Notes under the pieces: generated by a model
The model's database searches: none
Told to the model about the DNA's origin: nothing
Seen by the model: the letters and a program-made list of their open reading frames with translations, nothing else
Source: Octopus bimaculoides
Taxonomy: Eukaryota
Length of the DNA stretch: 64,000 bases
Reading direction: 5' to 3'
NCBI RefSeq assembly: GCF_001194135.2
Contig: NC_068981.1
Span: 144,461,174 to 144,525,173 of the forward strand
Shown here: piece after piece, positions 12,121 through 24,617 of the stretch
Layout: each line of letters begins with the position of its first letter
Numbering within the stretch: position 1 is the first letter of the stretch
Translations under genes and position numbers: made by a program

Positions 12121-13149
12121 ATATTAAATGAGATTTTTAAACTCAGGTCGGCTATGGTTGAGCAGACCTACGACTAATGGCATACCAAATATGGCAGCCC
12201 CATCTTTTATTTTCAGACAGAGTGCAATCTAATGATGCATTACACAGTATGACTTTATTTCCTTTAAGACAGTTGCATGTGGTTTGATGGAAATTTAATA
12301 CTATTCTTGGCAGCTCAAACGACTATGGAGAGGCTCCACAATGACTAATATTAAAACAGTAATGTTCCTTGCTTCTGAGAAAGATGCAAATTACATAAAA
12401 TCTCATTTTCAACTCACGATAATATCTAGTTAAGTGACTTAGTATGAAATTATAATAATTTTGTCATAATTTATGAGCATCTTCGTCACATCCAAGAATG
12501 CCATTTAAAGCCATCTCTGTAAAGCATCTATGACAAAGCATTTCTAGGAGTACAGATTTAAATTCCATCAAGTTTAACCGATTACGAATAATGATGAGAC
12601 CCAGCTGTTTTCAACTGGTCAATAGCGAAATAATAACACTTCAAGTCCATTCACAAAGAAAATATGATGAATGGTCTCGTATATAGAAGATCTGATTTTA
12701 TAAGCCTGGCATTTATCGAACACGTATAAGAGTGGGTTCAACGAAGAAATAAAAGGATATTTCAGACAAGCTGTCACCTCTATGGTACATATCTTTCTCT
12801 TGCTTTCTCTTTCTAATATTCTAATATATCTATTTATCAATATATGTGCAAGTAAATGCACAATCGTGTACACGCTATATGCAAACAATATGCACATAGA
12901 GTTACGTACATTTAAATATGAGAATATGTGCGCAATATAGAAACAAAAAGAGAAGGAGAGAGACAGAGAGAAAGATTACTGACAGATAAAAAGACAGACA
13001 GATAGATAGGTTAATCGATAGATTGCTAGACAGACCGACAAGCAGGCAGACAAAAATACAAAAGACAAAAAGGAATAATTAAAAGGAAACAGATTAATTT
13101 ATATACGTACATAAACACAAGCACACACATACACACACTCTCACACACA

Positions 13150-13150
13150 T

Positions 13151-13183
<33 letters not shown>

Positions 13184-13254
13184 CAAGCACACACACATAC
13201 TTATAGAGATAGATAGATAAATAGATATATAGATAGACAAACAGATTGGTAGAC

Positions 13255-13287
<33 letters not shown>

Positions 13288-13345
13288 CATACATACATAC
13301 ATACATACATAAATACATACATACATACATACATACATACATACA
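13150..13345. repeat. Compound (CA)n/(TAGA)n/(TACA)n microsatellite
   Basis: Directly visible tandem runs. Confidence 0.9.
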
Positions 13346-13899
13346 TAAAGAGATATATAACAAGTGAAAGAATTCTCCCAAAATGTAAATCAAAATGAAT
13401 CTATGTTTTACACTAACTAGCTTATGTAATGCAAAGGATACACAATATTGGAAATTGCTTTAAAAAACGCCTGTACTTTCAGCAAACATGCAAAAGACGC
13501 TTGCACACACACAGAGGAGACTGAAATATCAGAATATTAAAGTTGATAAAAAAGCATAATAAAACTAGGATTAAATATATTGAAAGCTAGTTTCAGATCA
13601 TCATTATCTGTAGAGCAGAAAGAAAAGAGAGCCCTCTCCTCTAGTCATAAGTAAGTATGATTGAAATTAGATTAACAATACATCCAAACTGCAATAAATC
13701 TACCTCATTTTCGCGAAATTGGGTTGCACACAAAAAAAAGCCCAAAATGTCCTTAACTATTAAGTTGATATAGGAAATACTAGTATCAAGTTGGTGTAGG
13801 GGAATAGCGTAGGGTTCCGTTATTCGTATATAGTAGACGTATTGTTTACTGTTCATCGTCTTCCTCAAATTTCCAAATTTACGTCTTATGGTAAAAAGC

Positions 13900-14270
13900 A
13901 ACGAATTTTGAGACGGCTCCCTCTAACCCGTATTCGCTATACTTTTGTGTCCTGCAAGGTTTGACCTCCTTACTGTAATTTATACCAACACTTTCAAATT
14001 CAAATGTTCCTAAGTTTCTCCATGAACTTTCTGCACACAGGCGTCATCCATATAGAGTTTAAAATCTTACACCAGAAATATAGAGAATCTATAAGCAGAG
14101 GCACTGATGGCATCCTTCAATGAAGACATGATGATTTAGTCTCATTCATGAACACATAAACTCAACTACATATGTAGCAAACGAACTTCATAAAATATGT
14201 ATTCCACACCAACGTTTGCTTGTTTCGTTTGAAGTTAAACTTAACTTTGCTCACTAGCAAAGGAGCTTTT
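13900..14270 (+). mobile_element. Possible Penelope-like RT N-terminal remnant
   Basis: TYVANELHKICIPHQRLLVSFEVK resembles the Penelope LVSFDV(xSLFT) region; upstream VLQGL resembles VLxKGL. Short and decayed. Confidence 0.3.
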
Positions 14271-15067
14271 ACAAGTTTGTTAGTTAGACTATAAATAGAA
14301 ACGAAATATTCCCTAAACCAACCCTTTCAACTGAAACAAAATTGCATTGGATGACTTGTAGCCATGTGTATATTGTCTAAGTAGAAGTTAAAATTATCAA
14401 GGTTGGAGCTCCTTTCAACATACGTTCGTCTACATGATCAGGAATGACCCTGGGTGAAAAAGTCACACCTGTAAAACAAAGGGCACATTGGATAACGTAG
14501 TATAAGTTATACTATATCAGAAAGTAGCCACAGCTGGGATAGTATATTCTGTCTGAATAAGAAAGTGGGATGATCATGGTGGAAACCTCTTTTACCATAG
14601 GTACGTTTCTATGATAAGAGATGACCAGCGATCGAACAAGCCACACAATAGGGATACATTGGATAATGTAATCCAAATGTCTGATAATGGCTACTATTTA
14701 AATGCATTTATTTCATAAATCTGTTGTATTATACTTGGCATGAGAATACAACAAAAACAATAAACTAGCGAAATTACTAGTGCTATCAATCTCTTATGAA
14801 CGCGATCCAAACATTATAGAAAGCACGGAGACGGCAAGGGAAGATTGTCTGACTTTAAAACATGTTTTGAATTACAGAACACCGCAGAATCTTGTATCGA
14901 CTTCTTAAATAGTTATCAACAGAGAAATAATGACGAAGTAGCATGTCAGTCAAAATTTTGTAAGAAAGCATCATGGCTAAAGTACAATGAATTGTCAGTA
15001 ACCTGTAATTAACCAGCTATGCAAATTTGACTCCAGTAACTCATTATCAATGTTAGTGGAATTTGTT

Positions 15068-15290
15068 TTTGTTGTCAGATTGGCAGAAACAGTAGAGCAT
15101 CAGAAGAAATGTTGTCAGAGACGTTTTAGTATTTTTTTTTGTTTGTTTTTCATCTGTGTTTAGTTTGATTTTTGTCATTAAGATTTCGAGGTCGATAAAA
15201 TAAGTACCAGTGAAACACTGGGGTCGATGCGATCAACTAGTCCCCTCTCTACAGATTTCAAGCCATGTGCCTTTAGTAGAAAGGATTATT
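15068..15290 (+). mobile_element. SINE family B, diverged
   Basis: ttggcagaaacagtagagca head; ttcgaggtcgataaaataagtaccagtgaaacactggggtcgatg 3' part. Confidence 0.65.
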
Positions 15291-15339
15291 AATTTTACTA
15301 TAGTTGCCATCTTTTATAGCAGGCTTGTGTGTAATTATG

Positions 15340-16140
15340 CCACAGTTCTTGCTCGCAGCTCAGTGGCGCAACACTATCCTTATCACATGAGTCATTCCAG
15401 ACACCTCAACCATTTGTGCAATCACTCAGGTATTGCATTCAAATTCTTTGAAATTGTTCAGAATGCGCTGATAACAAAAGGGACAGTTTTGACTTGCTTG
15501 ATGTAGTTCCCATACGCAGATCGCCAAATCCTGGTATTTGTTTACTTTCACTCTTTCAGAGATTTCAACATTCTAATCAGCGGGAACAGCGATGTCTATG
15601 TTGATGCATTCATGTATATCTTTGTGCAAAATTAGGATATCGGGGCAATTATACTCTACAGGCCAGTCTGTAAAAATGGTCATGTCCCACAGATCTTCAT
15701 TTGCTTATTCTCAATCAATGCCTGTGGAATGTGATCATATCACTTATCTATGCAGAGAAAATCGTATTTCTTGTAAAGTTTCCAGTAAACCCTAAGAGTG
15801 ACCTTGTTATGTCGTCATCTGTACACTTTTTGTGCTAATTGTGAGCAGCCATTGATAATGTGATATACACTTTCAGTCACCTGCTCACATTTTTTCCACA
15901 ATAGCTACTCTGACGTGTAGTTAATAGAGTACTTGACCTGAATATGTTCTCAAAGCCTGTTCTCGGGCTACAAAGATTATCTCTTTGGTCTCTTTCTTCA
16001 AATACCCATTCTGCAACCATCTCCATGATTCGGATCCAGCCAGCTTCTGTGTTTCTTGTGAAAACACTCAGTAAATTGGCTTCTCTTTTCGTAATGCCAC
16101 CTTCTCCTCACGCACCCATTTCTTAAATCACCCAGAGATT
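15340..16140 (-). mobile_element. R4/Dong-type non-LTR retrotransposon fragment (zinc knuckle + restriction-like endonuclease)
   Basis: SWRWLQNGYLKKETKEIIFVAREQALRT; KCEQVTESVYHIINGCSQLAQKVYR*RHNKV; LWDMTIFTD..PDILILHKD..IDIAVPAD*N; in-frame stops. Confidence 0.85.
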
Positions 16141-16264
16141 CTGATTCTGCTAGTAGATTCTCATTCAGAGTTACCTTTTAACTTCCACTCGTGACATGAC
16201 TGTAAATACGCATGAGATGAAATGTATATGTATCATATACATTCCTTCAAAACTATTAACCCTC

Positions 16265-16266
<2 letters not shown>

Positions 16267-16323
<57 letters not shown>
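16267..16323. repeat. (ATT)n microsatellite
   Basis: Tandem ATT. Confidence 0.9.
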
Positions 16324-16325
<2 letters not shown>

Positions 16326-16500
16326 GGCAGTGAGCTGTTAGAATAGTTAGCACACCGTGTAAAATGTCTAGCGGCGTTTCGTCTGTCATCGTACGTTCTG
16401 AGTTTAAATTCCGCCTAGGTTGACTTTGCTTTTCATCCTTTCGAGGTCGATAAAAGAAGTGCCAGTTTTAAACTGGGGTCAATGTAAACTTGATAGCCTT
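16324..16500 (+). mobile_element. SINE family B
   Basis: aggcagtgagctgttagaatagttagcacacc..gagtttaaattccgcctaggttgactttgcttttcatcctttcgaggtcgataaaa. Confidence 0.8.
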
Positions 16501-16632
16501 GTGTCAACATCTGATTATTAAGACGCCAAGCTGGCAAAGCTGGCAGAGTCGTTAGCACGCAGGACAAAGCGTTTGACAAGTATCCGTCTTTATATTCTAA
16601 GTAGTTCAAATTCGATTTTGCCTTATTTGAAG

Positions 16633-16700
16633 CAAATGTTAATGTTCACTCTAATGTGAAGACTAAACACAGTAAAAGTATTCGTTCTTCTGAATCTAAG
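16633..16700 (+). CDS. Weak candidate internal exon (xNVNVHSNVKTKHSKSIRSSESK)
   Basis: ccttatttgaAG acceptor, AAG/GTAAGT donor, one open frame; 68 nt, so could be chance. Confidence 0.15.
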
Positions 16701-17650
16701 GTAAGTCCATTAGATGGGTATAATATGATCAGAATCTCAGCTCAATGAAGATCTAACTCTAAATGATAGTAGTGAAAACTATAAAAATTTCTGCTCATAG
16801 TTCATTGATACATTTGACCTATAAACAATTGTCATGGGGACGTAATAGTTTTCGGATATTCGCTAGAAAGTTTATAACGTTATCACTAATTTCAGTGAAT
16901 GAACTACTACACGTTAAAGCTTTTAAAAGTATACGTTTTGTAATGGGGAAATAAAACTCCACTACATTAAACTGAGTGAATTTACTATAATGTTTATCTC
17001 TTGAGCAATTGAACGATGTGGCACCGAATTACCTTTGTTGCATAAAAGTAAGACGCTAATTTGTTGATATTTAAATCAAAATGGAACCTAAAGTACATCT
17101 GTTAATTTTATGTAATTCACTTTACGCAGGATTAATGACGACGCATGGAGTTGATAAACAAATTACCCTATGTGGACTTTGAGAGTTATATAGCATTGAC
17201 ACTTTGGTAGACATTCAACTCTGATATCTATTTTAGGTTCTGGCAGAGCTTTTGTGTTGATCTTGTGGTATGTGTTAGAATTTGTTTCATTTAGTAATTG
17301 CAAATAAATAAGCCAGTTTTGAATGGATGATTGCTTTTGGGTAAATATGTATTCTATATACATTTAAGTATATAACATTTTTTATTGTTTCATATCTATA
17401 TTTTGTAACGGATTGAAGAAAATTGTTAGTATAATTTTGTCCATCATTATAAACAGTTCTCGTATGTACACACTTCTTTGATAATATATATATTCTTTGA
17501 TAATATATATATTCTTTGATAATATATATATATATAATTTAGAACAAACAGTAAAAAGTTGTCATTCTAGTACTCGGTGTTTCGAAATTGTAACATATGC
17601 GAATAATCCTTTATTTATCTGATATCGAGGTCTCATTCTTTTGTTGTTAC

Positions 17651-17712
<62 letters not shown>

Positions 17713-17867
17713 GGGTGAGAGAGCAGTGCATGCCATCAAGGTGACACTGGGGTAAAATATACGAAGCCCAGTATACCCATCATGACTACCCGTCTGATAA
17801 GGGTACACGAGGCACATGCATCATTATTATCATTATTATTATTATCATTATTATTATTATTATTATT

Positions 17868-17926
<59 letters not shown>

Positions 17927-17964
17927 TATCATCATTATTATGATTGTTGTTGTTGTTGTTATTG

Positions 17965-18180
17965 TATATAGTTGAAATTCACAGTAAAGCAAAATACGAA
18001 GACAGGTGTATGAACAACAAACAGGTATATTAGTTTGACGTTCAGGAAAGTGAAAAAGCCTTTTACGTTTCGAGTCTACGCTCTTCAACAGAAAGGAATA
18101 TGAGGAAATAAACAGAGAGAGAATAAAAAAATATTGTAGATTTAGCGGTCAAGCATGTGTGTGGGTATGTGTAAATGTGT
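17965..18180 (-). mobile_element. Repeat carrying a minimal hammerhead-like motif (Penelope terminal-repeat type)
   Basis: Aligns to 51487-51610 on the opposite strand; motif at 18059-18096. Confidence 0.6.
18059..18096 (-). ncRNA. Minimal type I hammerhead-like motif (38 nt, A6->U)
   Basis: CCTTT-CTGTTGA-A-GAGCGTAGACTC-GAAAC-GTA-AAAGG. Confidence 0.55.
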
Positions 18181-18519
18181 ACGCGTACTCGAAGTTATCT
18201 TTTACTTGTTTCAATAACTTGACTGGGACCATACTGGGGTACCGCCTTCAAGGTTTAGTCGAACAAGTCGACCCCAATACATTTTTTTACCACTGATTAA
18301 TATATAAGGGTACATACGCACATGTCTCAATAAAGAACACATCAAAAATTTTACGGAACTGATCAGGGTTGCCAATTTAACATATTTTATGCTAAATCTA
18401 GTATTTAGCATTTAGCAGAACATTTTTGAATCTAGCATTTAGCAGGGAAAATGGCAGGTTTAAAATTTTATTTAGCATTTTTTTAGCATTTCTCTCTGAT
18501 CATCACATTTCCACAAAAC

Positions 18520-18684
18520 AGTTCTATATTTAAGAGATGAGGAATTATGTACATTATTTACAATTGACAGATATTTGTCCTCCTCTTGTTTGTTGATATA
18601 CCCTTCAGCCTTCATCAGGTGTCTTGGGTGAAATTTCGAACCTGGGTTCTCATTCCTAAGGTATTTTTCAATGTTGCTTTTATT

Positions 18685-18690
<6 letters not shown>
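18520..18690 (-). mobile_element. Repeat fragment with half of a hammerhead core (probable Penelope terminal-repeat relic)
   Basis: Reverse complement contains gacacCTGATGAaggctgaagggtatatca; no GAAA half follows. Confidence 0.4.
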
Positions 18691-18746
<56 letters not shown>

Positions 18747-19326
18747 GCTGTTTTTTTTCTTCTTTCTTCAAATTTTCTTCCATTTCCGCCGAGTGTTTTC
18801 CGTACACATAGGGCAGAGAAGCTCATTGTATGCATTCCCAGTTTACACACGCAAATTCACAGGTAAAATATGTATTTAAAAAAGATGATGTTGTTTTCAC
18901 AGCGGTAATGCTCTCCTCAGTATATGAGTCGTTCCAGTTAACACGATTTTTTGCACTTCCTGTACGGATGGTAAGCCTGGTATCATTTTCAAATAGGTTT
19001 CAGTACCTTTTTTTATCATTCCTAGAGATCCTACAATCACTGATACGGTAGTCGCCTTGAGATGCCACATTTTTTCAATTTCTATTAGTAAGTCTTTATA
19101 TTTACTGATCTTGTCAAATTCTTTCTCCGCTATATTATGATCGGAAGGAATACCCATGTTAATTAATAAACACTTCTTCTTCGTCTGATCTTTTATAACA
19201 ATATCCGGTTTATTAGCTTTTATAGTTTTTTCGGTATGTACGGGGTAGTCTCAGAGAATCGATACATTTTCTCCCTCAGTCACAGCTTCAGGATGGTGTT
19301 TATACCATTTGTCAGCGGTTTTGATT

Positions 19327-19328
<2 letters not shown>
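18747..19328 (-). mobile_element. R4/Dong-type LINE, 5'-truncated 3' end (RLE domain + 3'UTR) within (TAA)n
   Basis: WYKHHPEAV..IL*DYPVHTEKTIKANKPDIVIKD..MGIPSDHNIAEKEFDKISKYKDLLIEIEKMWHLKATTVSVIVGSLG..; (TAA)n on both sides. Confidence 0.9.
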
Positions 19329-19391
<63 letters not shown>

Positions 19392-19749
19392 TTTATTCAG
19401 GTCAGTGCCGGGAATAGAACTCGGAATTTTGAGGTTAGTATCCCGAGCTCTTAACTACTACGCCAACAGTTGTGTTTTCAATTTTATATTTTTATCAATC
19501 ATTCAATTTATTTTCTTGTTTCCCACTACAGTATAATGAGCAAAGAAAAACAAAGTTATACGAGAGAAAATTCCGAAAGGAATGGCTTAAGACGCCAGCG
19601 TTTATTAAGTGGTTGTGTGAAGTACCTAGTGACTAAATCTAAAACACATTGCAGATATTGTAGATGTAATATGTTGGCAAAATATACTCTTTTAGCAAGC
19701 TACTATGAAGTAAAGAAACAATTTTATTAAAACCAAAAAACCCCGAGCA

Positions 19750-20280
19750 ATTTAAACGATCTTCCTAGCACTCCATGACGCTGTTGGACGACATAGACCT
19801 GCCTCTGAAGGTGCTGAGCTACAGGATCACCAACTTTTCCTAGTTAATTGTGGTTCCTGTCACATCACGATGTGACTTAGAGCGATGCCAACATTATTAC
19901 AGGGATGCCATCTGCAATTTTCAATACAAGTTTTCTATATCCTGGTTTGTGCAGGATGATCTTCAATGTCTAATTTCTGTAGCAGTGGTTCAAGAATCAG
20001 TACATGCAAAAGCGACAAGAGCGGGCCACTTTGTCGGAACAAGCGAGCGATATTGGATAGTTCCAGTAGGTAGCCATTTATCGAACACCAATTAGATATC
20101 ATTGTACACGTTGGCGATCTACCTATAGAAAATGGAATTGAAACAGGTCTATATGGAGCTGCTATGAAGACAGCTTCCATGTATTGGTGGTCAATCTTAT
20201 TGAAAGCTTTCGATTGATACAAGTTGATCAGGTCCTTACTCGTGCCAGGTCCTTCAATAAGTTGTATCGCATTAGCTTAT
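19750..20280 (-). mobile_element. Tx1/L1-clade LINE reverse transcriptase fragment, decayed
   Basis: QSKAFNKIDHQYM..SINGYLLELSNIARLFRQSGPLLSLLHVLILEPLLQKL; downstream DVTGTTIN*EK..FKLLG. Confidence 0.75.
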
Positions 20281-20463
20281 TTTAATTAACTTTCCACCAA
20301 TAACAAATTCTAATTAACCTTTAACCAATAATATTTTTAAGTATTTTATTTTGTTTTGTAAAATATTATACTTGATTTAATTATCATCCATCATTCACCA
20401 GTTACAATCAACATTATCAGTGACAGCTGCTACCGAATGAACAAGAAACACACAATGAGACAA

Positions 20464-20824
<361 letters not shown>

Positions 20825-21026
20825 TGCATTGGTATTTGAGTGCAGAATGCACAATCTTTTACAGGTTTTCATTTTCATATGGGTCCAAATGAAGACTGCT
20901 GTGTAATTTCATAGGACTGTAAAAGTTTTATCTTTTCGACTTTCCATGGGCATTTGATCTCGTAAAAGCTCAAGCCCTTCATGTATAGCCGTGTGCTGAA
21001 GAAGTTCGCTTTGCAATGATAATTAC

Positions 21027-21205
21027 CTTCTATACGTAGAGCCAATTAACGTCTTCCAAGTGATGTTTGGTAGACAGAAACTGTGCGGAAGATATGGTGA
21101 ATGAGGTGTAAAGCGATCTTTAACATACAACCAGACCTCGGTTAGCTGATGATCAGCAGTGCATGCACGAGGATATGAGAGATAATTAATCCACTGTGAA
21201 TCAAC
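21027..21205 (-). CDS. Candidate internal coding exon of an unidentified host gene (59 codons)
   Basis: T-rich acceptor ttttcttaattttatcgaAG, open frame VDSQWINYLSYPRACTADHQLTEVWLYVKDRFTPHSPYLPHSFCLPNITWKTLIGSTYR, donor AG/GTAATT; more GC-rich than its flanks; no TE motif recognised. Confidence 0.55.
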
Positions 21206-22481
21206 CTTCGATAAAATTAAGAAAATTTTGAGAATAAAATACAATTTGTAATGAAAATTAAATTTTTATCACATTATTCAGTATTTTAAGAAAGAATAGG
21301 GGAAGCTAAATTATTTTATTTCATTAACAACGGTAAAAACAGTCCATGTAATCTGATAACCTTCTCAGTATAGCATCTAAAGTTTCATAAAAGTCATGTG
21401 GAGTTATTGATTAAACTAAACGTTATCCTTAAATGCCAGATTATTATAAAAGATAAACAGCTTTGCTTTACAAAAAGGAACAGTAATGAAAATGCGCATA
21501 ATTCGATTTCCATTAATATTTGAAATTTCTTGTTGTTTAGTTTTGTTTTCTGCTAAAACAGTGATTATATTTTCGTGTATATTAACATAGAAATTTAAAA
21601 CAATGAAATGTGGGGCGTAAATTAAAGCATTCTAAAGTAAAATGCTGTTAGATATTGATGAAATATCTAATTTTCAGTACAAGTATTTGGATATTATGAT
21701 ATCGATAGTTAGTATTTATATTTCTGTAGAATGTTCTGTATTGAATATTCCTAAATTAAATACAAATATTAACAACAAACTTGACATTTAATCACTATTG
21801 ATACATAACAAAGTACAATATGTATCGGACATATATCGATTTTGTCTATATCGCAAAGATGAAGTATAATCGTCTTGAATACAAAATGTGACCTTTGTCC
21901 TCTTGAAAAGCTAGCTGTTCAAAGTGATAGTATAGTCTTCCTTTTAAATAACACAACTTCACTATTACTGAACATAGTTATTAAAATAAGTTGTAGCGTC
22001 TTCATCTGAAATTATCGGAGTTTATTTAATAAACTTCATTAAGTGGTGAAGAAATTAGATATACGCAGTGCCAAAATTACAGTAGGATCATTCTTGGCAC
22101 AATCTTTCAGCGGTTGCATGACTTTATATAGTGTATTGTAATTAATGGAAATGAGAATACAGCTATAATTCTACTTCTTGGAATATGAAAGACAAAGAAC
22201 AAAATTTCAAAGAATTGTCTTTTAGTATCGATTTCTAGCATGGTCACAAAGACTCAAATTTTGAGGAAATGTAGAGTTGATTATATCAAATCCTGGTACT
22301 TGTACTTTACTGGGAAGAATGCTGGTAAAGTTGAGCCCGGGGGTGAGCTTTGAACTGAGAACCAAAAGGACACTGACTAAATACCACAAGACACTGTATT
22401 CGACGTGCGAAAGATCCTGCAATTCATATATAATGAAGTAATGAAGCAGTTACTTTTTACCATCAAGTATATCTGCACCAT

Positions 22482-22730
22482 CATATGGTCTGACCACTAG
22501 AAAAAGATTGTTCTCAATAAAATTTAGCGTTTGGTGAATTTTCTTGAGAACAATCTTTTCTTAGTGGTCAGATCATATGGGGTCTACATCTAGCATATTG
22601 GATGTCCACCTAGTGGTCATCCCTCTTATATGTATGTAATATGATTTTTCTGAATCTTCAGATTTTTCAATATGCTAAGCCACTGGTTTAAATAGATATT
22701 AATCAAATTAATATTCAATTATTATTAAAT
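22482..22730. repeat. Partial copy of the 51645-52680 repeat family with a 44-bp fold-back
   Basis: 22536-22730 aligns to 52470-52660; 22482-22525 is its inverted copy. Confidence 0.85.
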
Positions 22731-22894
22731 TAAAATTACGACAAACGTAAATAAACAAACGAAGTTTGCTTTTAGAAGCGTTGAGATGTCTTAGAAAGTT
22801 AAAGAAATGATTTTAAATTCTCAATCGCAGAATAATGCTAATAATATAGCCTGAACAGGATAAACTACCCCTATTTTGCAGAGAAAAGTGTAGG

Positions 22895-22969
22895 TGGCTA
22901 GCTGTGGACTCGAACTCACATCCCCGTGATTACGCGTCACGATGCTTTGACCGATTAAGCTAAACTACC
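22895..22969 (-). pseudogene. tRNA-like sequence (Thr-CGT-like), non-canonical; pseudo-tRNA or SINE head
   Basis: GGTAGTT-TA-GCTT-AATCGGTCA-AAGC..CGTGA-CGCGTAA-TCACG..GTTCGAGTC; D and anticodon arms pair, T and acceptor stems need bulges, position 33 is G. Confidence 0.65.
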
Positions 22970-23174
22970 CACCCGCACATACATACATACATACATACAC
23001 ATCTCCTCATGTATAATAACAATAATAATTGACTCATTTGTATGCATGTATGGATATTTGTGTATGTACACTTAAATGTACATATATGTATTTATGTATT
23101 TATGTTTATTTATGTATATGTATGTATATGTTAAAGTACGCATATATACATATATATATATGTATGTATATATA

Positions 23175-23210
<36 letters not shown>

Positions 23211-24069
23211 NNNNNNNNNNNNNNNNNNNNNNNNNNNNNNNNNNNNNNNNNNNNNNNNNNNNNNNNNNNNNNNNNNNNNNNNNNNNNNNNNNNNNNNNNN
23301 NNNNNNNNNNNNNNNNNNNNNNNNNNNNNNNNNNNNNNNNNNNNNNNNNNNNNNNNNNNNNNNNNNNNNNNNNNNNNNNNNNNNNNNNNNNNNNNNNNNN
23401 NNNNNNNNNNNNNNNNNNNNNNNNNNNNNNNNNNNNNNNNNNNNTCGTTTTGGGATTTGGTTTGTAAGATTCTTTATGTGTGTTCGTGTGTTGAAGCATA
23501 TTCTGTTGTGTCTGGGGAGAGTCATTCTATTTTAGTGCCTTATAATTTAACACACGCACCGTTAAAATTTCCACTTATTTCTTTTTTATTTTTATAAAAT
23601 TTTCGTTGCGTCTTGCAAACTCTTTAATAGTTTTGACTCTGTCCGTTATTCACACTGCGTTTCTTTTTGTTTGTTTGTGTGTGTGTTTGTATATGTGTGT
23701 GTGTACCCCTATTTCCTTGTGTGTGCATGTCTGAGTGTGTGTGTTTGTTTTGCAATTATGTACTGTGTTTGTATATATGGAGTGTATCTCCATATGTGTG
23801 GACGTGTGTCTCCATATGTGTCCTTGTGTGAATTAAAGTGTGTGTGTATATATGGTCATGTATTTCCGTCTTCATTTGGGTATGTGTGCGTATGTGTGTT
23901 TTCTGTTCATATATCCTATGTACTTATCCGTCTGTATGTTGATCTGTTTACTTTCATATCCATATTCTTATATACATGTGCATATACATATGTATACATA
24001 CACACCCCACACACATACATACATCTATCTACATAACAGCCCACTAACTATTCTACTCTACCTGTGTAA

Positions 24070-24617
24070 ACTGTGGGTATGTGGGTATGATATCTACTGT
24101 GCATATTTCCTATTTAGTATTGGGGAAGGTTCATTTATGAGGACATACTCCCGTATTTGTCTGAGTGTTGGGTCCTTTGGGTGCTTGGATAAGATGCGGA
24201 TGTCAAGTTAACCCAGGTTGCTTCCATGTTGGTCCTTGGCATGTTGGTAGAGTATGGAGGACTGTTTTTTGTCGTCATATTGTCTCAAATGCTCATTTAG
24301 TCGTTCCGCAATGCTCCTAGATGTCTCCCAATGTATGTCATGTTCATGTCTTTACAAACACCTTCTATGCATCTTATGCTGTGAACTACATTTCTAGTTC
24401 TTTTAATGAAAAGTTTAGATAGGGATTTAACTTGGAGGGAGAAAAATGGTGCAAACTATAAGATCTCACCCTTAGAGGACTTAGAGTGCGTGGTTATAGT
24501 GGGCGGATCCAGATAAAGAGGCTTGTAGTCATTATAGCTTCGAAGTGGTTGGTAGGGCTGTCGAGTGCGATGCGTAGGAAGTTTTTCTATTTTGGGGGTG
24601 GTGGCTGATTGATTATT
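24070..24617 (-). mobile_element. Penelope-like element, GIY-YIG fragment running into a gap
   Basis: NVVHSIRCIEGVCKDMNMTYIGETSRSIAERLNEHLRQ..SILYQHAKDQH..LRQIREYVLINEPSPILN. Confidence 0.85.

Noticed and set aside
17130-17270. Two small plus-strand exon-like blocks
   Set aside because: Too short (31-55 nt), no consistent phase chain; expected by chance.
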